Origin: the human T2T-CHM13v2.0 reference genome, Homo sapiens
Reading direction: 5' to 3' (one strand)
Assembly: GCF_009914755.1 (NCBI RefSeq)
Contig: NC_060927.1
Length of the DNA stretch: 64,000 nt
The notes below the pieces were generated by a model, which had not been told where the DNA came from, made no database searches, and saw only the letters and a list, made by a program, of their open reading frames with translations. The position numbers and the translations under genes are program-made. Position 1 is the first letter of the stretch. Each line of letters starts with the position of its first letter. Shown piece after piece: positions 55,062 to 64,000 of this stretch.

Positions 55062-55699
55062 AGATATAGGCGTTAAAAAGGAATTATTTAGCAGACAGTG
55101 AGGGTATGGAGTCCTCCGTAAGGTTTTCCTTTGAATGAAAAGCAGCCGCCAAATCATTTTCTTTTCTAACAAAGAGCAGCCTGTAAAATCAAGCTGCAGA
55201 CCCAGACAAGCAAGCTGGAAGCTTGCAATGGATGAATGCCAGCAGTTGTGCCAATAAGAAAAAGCTACCTGGTACTAAGCATGCTCAAAATGGCAGCTCC
55301 ATCTTCCCTTTTCTTTGCCAGCCACATGTAGAGTAACGAGCAGGCAACATGGCGCCAGCTGGGAGAAGTCGCCATTTGCTTAAGATCAGGGTAGGGCATC
55401 CAGCTTCCTCGCATGTTATGTAAACATCACACCTCGTCCAACCAATCTTTGGGCCCTATGTAAATCAGACACCGCCTCCTCAAGCCTGCCTATAAACTCC
55501 AATGCACTCTGCCACAGGCTGGAAGTCTCATTCAGGCACCCTTTTCTCTCTCAAGAGAGAAAGCTGTTCTTTCTCTTTCTTTTGCCTATTAATCCTCAGC
55601 TCCCAAACTCACTCCTTGTGTGTGTGTGTCCCTGTCCTTAATTTTCCCGGCATGAGATGACAAATCTCGGATATTATCCCAGCCAATGACACTGCTTCA
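55062..55699 (+). mobile_element. LTR9-like ERV1 solo LTR
   Basis: GAATTATTTAGCAGACAGTGAGGGTA...CAAGCAAGCTGGAAGCTTGCA...GCTTCA; 4-bp TSD CTGC. Confidence 0.8.
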
Positions 55700-57588
55700 C
55701 TGCAATTTGCAACAAGAAAAATATTTACGACAAGGAAAAAAGATGAACCAACTGGAAATTAATGACTTTTTTAGATTCAGCAGAGAACTGAGGTCCAAAG
55801 CAAACTAGTATCCCCAAATTTGGAGAAACATGTAAACACAAAGAATCATAAGATCAGATTACCTAAAGCAAAAACAGAAGGACCTAGGAACTGATACGAA
55901 CACGTGTATGATAATTTTGACAAATTGCTGGAGGCTCAGTGCAGACTAGCTTGAGAGTTAAAAACTCTTGCAGCCTAGTCTTAGGGGAGACTATACTTTT
56001 GTGAGTTTTATGTCCAAGAACCCTATCATGTTCTCATGGGGAAGTCTGGAGAAAAATCTCAGGGAAGAGAAAAAGTAACCATTTTGGAAGTTTCCCAGAT
56101 TGTTCTCTGTAAGAAAGACACGTCCTTTCAGGGAAGCTATTTTACCAGAGTTCTATCTGACTTGGGAGAAGGGCAATTAGTCCCCTCCAGACTCTTTTAG
56201 CCTTCCTGTCTAATGTCAGGGGACGAAAAAAGGGCTCAGAACATTTCAGAAGATCGCAGCCTAGAAACTCAGGCTCACTAAGAAAACTGAGATGTAATCA
56301 TAATATACAACAATTATCCTTCCTGAGACCTCATCACCACGTGAAGAGGGCTTTGGTGATTACAACTGAGAGGTGAAACACACAGACTCTATTGAATAAG
56401 GAGCTCTTAGGAAAGCCCAAAGACAACAGGGAAGACAAAAAATACGAGCACACAGAAGCATCTGGAACTTAAAGCTACAGCAAGCATTAAACACAGTCCA
56501 GCTCTAAGCTAGATTAACATAAAACCTCATAACAAAAAAAAAAATTCTTAGTTCCCATCACTCGAGGTATTATTTCCAGCTTTCAACAACAAAAATAAGG
56601 CATGCAAAAAGAAATTTCTTAAAGATAAACTTTAAACTATTTTAAACTAAATAAAAATGAAAATAGAGCTTAGCAAAATTTGTGGAATGCAAGGAAAACA
56701 ATGCTTTGCAGGAAATTTAAAGAACTGAACACATATATCAAAAAAGAAGAAAGATCTAAAATCAATAATCTAAACTTCTGTTAGAAACCCACAGAAAGAA
56801 AAACAATTTAAACCTAAAGCAATCAGAAGAAAAACAGAATAGAAATTAGAGCAGAAATCAATTACATTGAAAATAGGAAATCAATCAGAGAAAAATTAAC
56901 AAAACCAAAAGCTAATTATTTTCAAAAGATCAATAAAATTGCTAAACCTCTAGTCAGGCTAACCAGGAAAAAAAGAGCAACAATACAGATTACTAACATT
57001 AGAAATGAAAGAGGGGTCATCACTACTGATCTCACGGATATTAAAAAGATGATAAAGAAATATGATGAACAACTCTGTGATCTCAAATTTGATAACTTAG
57101 ATAAACAGAGGCAATTCCTTAAAAGAAACAAACTACCAAAACTCACAAAAAGAGAAATAGATAATCTGAATAGGTCTATTCAGGTTATATCTATATCTGT
57201 ATCTTTTTAAAACATTGAATCAATAATTAACTTTCTAAAAATAAATAATAAATTGGGTCCAGACAATTTAACTGATGAATTCTATCAAATATTTAAGCAC
57301 AAAATGATAGCAATTCTCTACAACCTTCTTTAGATAGGTAAAGCAGAGGGAACACTTCCTAAGTCATTATGTTATACCAGCATTACTCTATAGCAAAATC
57401 AGAATACACGTGCAAACCCCATTAAAAGAAAGAAAAACTAGAAATTAATATCGCTCGTGAACATGATATAAAAAGCGTCAACAAAATCTTAGCAAATCAA
57501 ATCTAATAATGTATAAAAGTTATTATATACTACAACTAGGATTTATTTCAGGTACACAGCTGGTGGAACGTTCAAAAACTCAACAAAC

Positions 57589-57891
<303 letters not shown>

Positions 57892-58119
57892 TCAACAAAC
57901 GTAACTTAGCGTATCAACTGGCCAGAGAAGAAAAATCATATAATAGCAACAGATACAGAAAAGCACTGACAAAATCCCACACTCATTTATGAGTAGAAAC
58001 TCTCAGCAAACTAGGAATAGATGAAACTTCGTCAACTCGATACCAAAAAATCTACAAAAAAACCTACAGCTAACATGACATCATACTCAATGGAGAGAAA
58101 CTGGATGCTTTAAGATCAG

Positions 58120-58575
58120 TGTAGTATAGTAGGCTGACTAATGATCTCCCAAAGATATCAGGTCTTAACTTTTAAAACATGAAAATGTTACCTTCTTTGA
58201 AAGAAAGGACTTTGTAGCTGTAACTAAATTAAGAATTTTAAGGTGAGAAGATTACCCTAAGTTATCTGAGTGGGCCTTAATGCTATCAATCATAAATATC
58301 CTTATAAGGTAGAGGCAAAGGTGAAATAACACAGACTCATCAAGAAGCCAGTGTGACCAGGAACACAGAGATCACTGTCACACCCACACCCACAACCCAA
58401 AGAATATATGGAGCTACCAGAAGCTGTCAAGGAATGGATTTCCCTCCACAGCTTCTGTGGGAGTACGGCCCTGCTGACACCTAGATTTTAGACTTCTGGC
58501 TTTCAGAACTGTCAGGGAACAAATTTCTATTGTTTGAAGCTACCAGTCTGTAATAATTTGATATAGCAAGCTACT
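58120..58575 (+). mobile_element. MLT1 (B/C/D) LTR inserted in the L1
   Basis: CCCAAAGATATCAGGTC...GGCCCTGCTGACACC...TTCAGAACTGT; L1 ORF2 resumes at GAACAAGGCAAGA. Confidence 0.85.
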
Positions 58576-58800
58576 GAGAACAAGGCAAGATTTTCCCCTG
58601 TTAATACTCCTATTCAACAGCATAATGGAAGACCTAGGTAAAAGTAAGACAAGAAAAGGAAAGAATATTAAGAAAAAGATATAACGATTGGGAAGAAGAA
58701 AATAAAACTGTTTTTGCTCTCATGATATGGCTGACTATGTAGAAAAATCCTAAAAAATTGACAAAACATTCTCTAGAACAAATAAGCAACTGCAGCAATG

Positions 58801-58885
58801 TTTCAGGATAAAATTTTTCTTTTATCCTGAAAAAAACAGGATAAAATTTTTCTTTTATCCTGAAAAAAACAGGATAAAATATTTC
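58801..58885. repeat. 33-bp tandem unit (~2.5 copies) containing an inverted repeat
   Basis: CAGGATAAAATTTTTCTTTTATCCTGAAAAAAA at 58804 and 58837, partial copy at 58870. Confidence 0.95.
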
Positions 58886-61244
58886 TTTCCAATATGCCAG
58901 AAAATAACAAATGGAAATTGAAATTAGAAGCACAATATCACTTATATTAGCGTAAAAAATAAAACACATAGATGTAAAAATCTAACAATATATGTACAGG
59001 ATCTGTAAGGAAATATAAAAAATTCTGATGAAAGAAATAAAATCTAAATAAACGAATAGATATTCTGTGTTCATGGATAGGAAGACTTGATACTGTTATC
59101 GGTTCTTCCCAACTTGATTATACATTCAACGCAGTTTCAATCAAAATCCCAGAAAGTTATTCTGTGAATATCAAAAAGCTGATTGTAAAGTTCATAGAGA
59201 AGGGCTCAAGATCCAGAATAGCCAATAAAATATTGAAGAACAAAGTTGAAGGAGTGATACTACTCAACTTTAAGACTTGCTACAAAGCTACAGCGATCAA
59301 GACAGCATGGTACTGGTGACAGAATAGGTAAGTGAATCAAAAGAACAGAAGAGGAAATCCAGAAATAGACCAATACAAACATAAACAACTTGCCCTGGAC
59401 AGAGGAGCAAAGGCAATTCAATAGACAACAAATAGTGCTAGAATAACTGGACATCCATATGCCAAAAAAAAAAAAAGGGGGGATCTACACACAGACCTTA
59501 CACCTTTTACAAAAATAAACTCAAAACGCATCACAGAACTAAATGTAAAATGAAAAATGCAAAATGTAAATCCTCTGAAAGATAACACAGGGAAAAATAC
59601 TAGATTTGAGTTTGGCAATTTGTTTATAGATATAACAACAAAAAATTATCTACAAAAAAAATTTTAAATTGAATTGTATTAAAATTTAAAACTTTTGCTC
59701 TACAAAAAATACTGTTAAGAGAATGAAAGGACAAGTCACAGAATGGTAGAAAATATTAACATCATATGTCATTAGGGGATTACAAATTAAAACAATGACA
59801 TACCAGTATATACCTATTAGGATAGCTAAATCCATAAGACTGATAATACCAAATATTGGCAAGAAAGTGGAGTGATGGGAACGTTCATGCATTGTTGGTG
59901 GAAATAATGGTAAAATGGTATAGCCACTTTGGACTACAGTTTTACAGTTTCTTATAAATCTAAACATAGTTTCACCACAGAATGCAGTAACCAAGTTCCT
60001 AAGCATTTACTCAACTGAGTTGAAAACTAATGTTCACACAAAAGTCTGCTTAGGGAAGCTTATAGAAACTTTATTCATAATAATCTGTCTTTCACAACAC
60101 GAGAATGTATAAACAAACTGTGGCAAATCCATACGACAGAATACTAGTCTACAATTTTTTCTTTAAAAGAACTCTTATGCCATAAAAAGGTGTGGAGGCA
60201 CCTTACAGACATACTGCCATATGACATTATGGAAAAGGGAAAACTATAGAGGCAATAAAGGGATTACTAGTTACCAGGGATCCAATATAGTTTCTTAGGG
60301 CAATGTAGACTATTCTATACGAAACTGTAATGGTGGATACACGACAATATGCATCTGTAAAACTCCATAGAACCACAGAAGGCCAAGAGTGAACTTTAAA
60401 GTAAAGTATGAACTTCAGTTAATATAAATGTGTCAATATTGGTTCATTAACTTCAGTAATAAATGTGCCACACTAATGCAAGGTATTAATAGTAGGAGAC
60501 ACTTGGTGGTGGGGCGGGGATGGGGGAATAGTGGCGACACGGAAGGAAAATGTTATGGTAAGTCTCTCAACTATCTGCACAATTTTTCTGAAAATCTAAA
60601 GCTGTTCTAAAAAATAAAGTATTTTAATTTTATTTTAAAAAGTACATCTTAGAAAACATACCTAGGATGATCTCTAGGCTCTGGATCCAGAAACCCCTAT
60701 TTCAAACAAGTAGGAAGATTCTTATGGCTGCTAAGATATCAGCAGTCCATGGTTTCAGGAATACAGAGCCCCAAGGTGAATACAACAACCAGACTGAAAT
60801 AAGTGCAGTTCCAAGAATGGAGCTTAAACTGGAAAGACTAGAGAGCAGCTGGCTAGCTGTTTAGAGGTAACAGATGGCAGAACCCTCAGGATCAAGTCAT
60901 CCTGAATGAAGAAAGACCTTTGGAGAGTGCACACTTGAGTAAATAGCGGCCTCTGTTCATGTTCTCCAGTAACAAAGAAATAAACTAATTAGATGGCATT
61001 CATAAGCAAGCTAAAATTCCTTTCACTGGAAATCTGGAAAGAACTGATTTAGGAGAGCGAAAAACAGGGATATATACACACACACACATACACACACACA
61101 TACATGTTTGTAGTATCAGGAAATGCTCAACTTTGCTCCCTCAAGTCATCCAGTTCCAATGTTTTATATATGCTATTATATGTGACAAAATCATATAATA
61201 TATATTAATACATATCATTAAAAATATGTAACTGTTAATGTAGC

Positions 61245-61357
61245 ATAGGTATATATTTTTCACATACCATAACATTTATCCTTCTAAAATATGTAATTCA
61301 ATGCTTTTCAGTATATTCAGAAAAACATGTATCCATCACCATTATCTAATTCCAGGA
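61245..61357 (-). mobile_element. L1MB-like 3' end fragment
   Basis: TTCACATACCATAACATTTATCC...TTCAGTATATTCA...CCATCACCATTATCTAATTCCAG. Confidence 0.75.
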
Positions 61358-63337
61358 CCCAATTTTGTTTTTAACACATCTCAAATGTAGATTACAAAAA
61401 AAGAATTGATCCACTAGGGATACGGTCTGTAAGAAGCAGCCTAGATTTTTTAAAAATGTTTTTCTTCTACTCTACATGTAAATAAGTCTGCATCCTGTCA
61501 GTATTTAAGGTTTTCTTTCTTTCTAACAATCATGTAAGGCTGGTATTTTTTAAAGTTTCCACTCAGAAGACTGTCTTCCTGACCTGTAAAGAAATTAAGT
61601 GTAAAAATGTATGCAATTGGACTAAATAATGAAAAAGAGGTTGAGAAGAGTGCACCGAAAGAGGTAAAAAAAGGAGACTATGGGCCAAAGGTATACAATA
61701 GGGAAAATAAAAGAAGTTTCTAGGGCACTGCAGAAAGACAATGTATTCTAGTGATTACCTTTATTAGACTCTATTGGATCAGGAGCCAGTTCATTAAACA
61801 TTAATGGCAGGGGAATGCCATCCATATATTATAAATAGCCATTAAGTTGAGATAGACAGCTCTGCCCAGGGTCAGTATGAATTAATAAAAAAAACTGAAG
61901 CTGGCATTTCAGAATCATAAAAAGATAGGTTTAGTAGAAAATATTCAATAAGAAGGAAGAAGAACAGTATATATTACACTATTTGTCTGAAGAGCAAACT
62001 GAAAATGAGAACAAACTTAACATAAACCTAAAAAGACCCTTCATGAATGAAACACTTATTTCTCGAAAATGGATGTCACTTACATTTAAGAATCGTAACA
62101 GTACAATGTGTGACATTGGCAAATGGTAAATGTAAAGACAAATGAGGTGTAGACGTTCAGCTAGAAATTAGACAAAATGTGAATGCAAACAAAATATCCT
62201 CACTGAACACAGTTCCAAACATAGTATGTGGCAGCAGGAGAACTGAAGTTATTAACAGATAAGGTCTAATTTCCAATTTATCTATTGAGTTAATCCTGAA
62301 ACCTATCCCACTTGCCTGTATTTACAAGGTAGGTCATCTTAGTTTTACCATGAGTTTTCACTATTTTAAGAGAGAAATCATGTTATGAAACATGGTACTG
62401 ATAAGATACTTACATAAAGAGCTACACTTTTTTAATTTATTTTTCTCACTTTCTTTGCTAATTTACACCCATTGTTTCTGAGTAATCTGAAGAATGAGAC
62501 ATTCCCATTTTTTTATGTATCATAATGTTTCTAAGATAACGCATGGACTTTTTAAAGAATTTCATGGTAGCAAATATTATGACTCAAAGTCAATATGACC
62601 CTGGTTAACAAAAATGATCAAAAACTAGGAAATAAAGCTAACAGTAGTGGTAGCAATGGTGTATGTGGCGTGTCTGTTCAATACTGTACTAGAATTTTGT
62701 TCCCCAAGCCCACTCAAGGATTATTTAATTCTCTAAAAGAACATATCTGTGTTTGGCTTTGCTATATACATTTTGATTATTGTACCACCACTGTCAAGTT
62801 ATAGGTTAACTTGTAGTTTTTGTCTAGTACGAAAGAACCACTGAAGTTTATGGTTTAATTGTCCTGTGGGATACTAATCAGTCTTGTATAAAACCTAGTA
62901 ATTTTATTCAAATATTCTCCCTCTCCAACTCCTTTTTAACAAAATGTCTAGAAGTACCCAGGTCCTCAAAATGCCCCTGGATTGCACTGGTTTCTTCATT
63001 AAAGACATATTAAATGTTGGTATATATTTATTCTGTATTTTTATTATAGTCATATTAACCCTTAGAAAGTAGTATTTTTCACTCCACCAAGCACCTGTGT
63101 AAGATTTTTTAAAAAAATAAACATTTGCCAATGTTTTGAGAGGTGAATTAACTCAAGTAAGGCATAACCAGTAATGCCAAAAATAGGTTTATGCCCCATG
63201 AATTATCTCTCCAGTGGTCTGCCAGCCACCCATAAAAGTACATTTTTAAGTTATATTATAGAATGAGTGAGATAAATAAAATGAATAATGAACGGCAGAC
63301 TTAAAAATTATGACATTTTCTTAATCTTCATAAAGCC

Positions 63338-63540
63338 TGTGATGGATTTTTCACTTGTCTACTTGGCTAAGGTGAACTACAGTCCCTCCCCACTTGTTCA
63401 AACACAGATCTAGATGCTGCTGTAAAGAGATTTTTCAGGCATAATTACAGTCCCTAATCAGTTGAGTTTAATTTTAGGAAATCATCTTGGGTGGGCCTAA
63501 CTTAACCAGTTTGAACACTTTAAAAGAAGACTGAGAAAGT
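63338..63540 (+). mobile_element. MLT2 LTR 5' fragment
   Basis: TGTGATGG...CTTGGCTAAG...TCTAGATGCTGCTGT...GGGTGGGCCTAAC; similar to 9539-9725. Confidence 0.65.
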
Positions 63541-63547
63541 CTTGTAC

Positions 63548-63880
63548 TTGGTGTTGGCTGCCAGCTGAGATCTTGGCTGAGACTGTCAGCTAGAACTCTA
63601 TTTTTTAAATTTTATTGTTTAAATTGACACACAGTCGATGTACATAGTTTTGAGGTACATGTGATAATGTAATACATTCATATTACTTAGCATTGGGATA
63701 TCCATCACCTTAAATATTTGTCTTTTCTTTATGCTAGATACATTTCAATTATTTTCTTCCATCAACTAGAACTCTTATAACTCACGGCTAGCCACTCCAC
63801 GTGATTTGGCTTCTCTCACAGCATGGCTGTTGGATTCCAAAGAAAAGCATCCCAGGAGAGGGTAAGTGGGTGTAGAGGGG
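63548..63880 (-). mobile_element. Old MLT1 fragment interrupted by an L1
   Basis: GTTGGCTGCCAGCTGAG...GGCTTCTCTCACAGCATGGCTG. Confidence 0.55.
63600..63761 (-). mobile_element. L1MA-like short 3' end
   Basis: T-rich start, GAGGTACATGTGATA, GGGATATCCATCACCTTAAA; TSD TCA(G/A)CTAGAACTCT. Confidence 0.8.
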
Positions 63881-64000
63881 GAGGAAGCAGGGGTGGGGAG
63901 CACACACCAACATGCATGAGGTGAATGCTATTCACTCCACCTGCACTGAGTGCATCCTACTCTATTCTCTATCCTAGTTTCAACAGAAGGAAGAGAAAAC

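Noticed and set aside
58801-58885. CRISPR-like palindromic 33-bp repeats
   Set aside because: No spacers, no cas genes, primate DNA; it is a tandem duplication inside an L1

Overview
Primate (probably human) non-coding, AT-rich genomic DNA. I recognise no protein-coding exon, RNA gene or CpG island, and the ORF-track entries are Alu/L1/LTR read-throughs or chance ORFs. The window is a mosaic of about 17 Alu/FLAM elements, many old L1 fragments (including a ~5 kb L1M remnant at 55.7-60.6 kb), about 18 solo LTRs or LTR fragments (THE1, MSTB, MLT1/2, MER34, MER41B, MER110/92-like, LTR9-like), MIR/L2 relics, a MADE1 MITE and a MER33. Repeat-poor unique blocks lie at about 18-24.7 kb, 28.2-29.1 kb and 32.6-33.5 kb. 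L1s, LTRs and Alus are mostly on the + strand, which suggests a long intron of a minus-strand gene (not identified). Most notable: (1) a MADE1 > Alu > orphan 110-bp nested insertion; (2) several templated fold-back or duplication scars, the clearest a 33-bp palindromic tandem unit inside an L1; (3) a MER41B whose tandem STAT1 GAS sites appear altered to one STAT6-type N4 palindrome; (4) a minus-strand recursive-splice-like AG|GTAAG site and several candidate cryptic exons; (5) an ancient ~150-bp local duplication. I found no evidence for a new multi-gene system. Repeat subfamily names come from remembered consensus sequences, and boundaries of old repeats are approximate.
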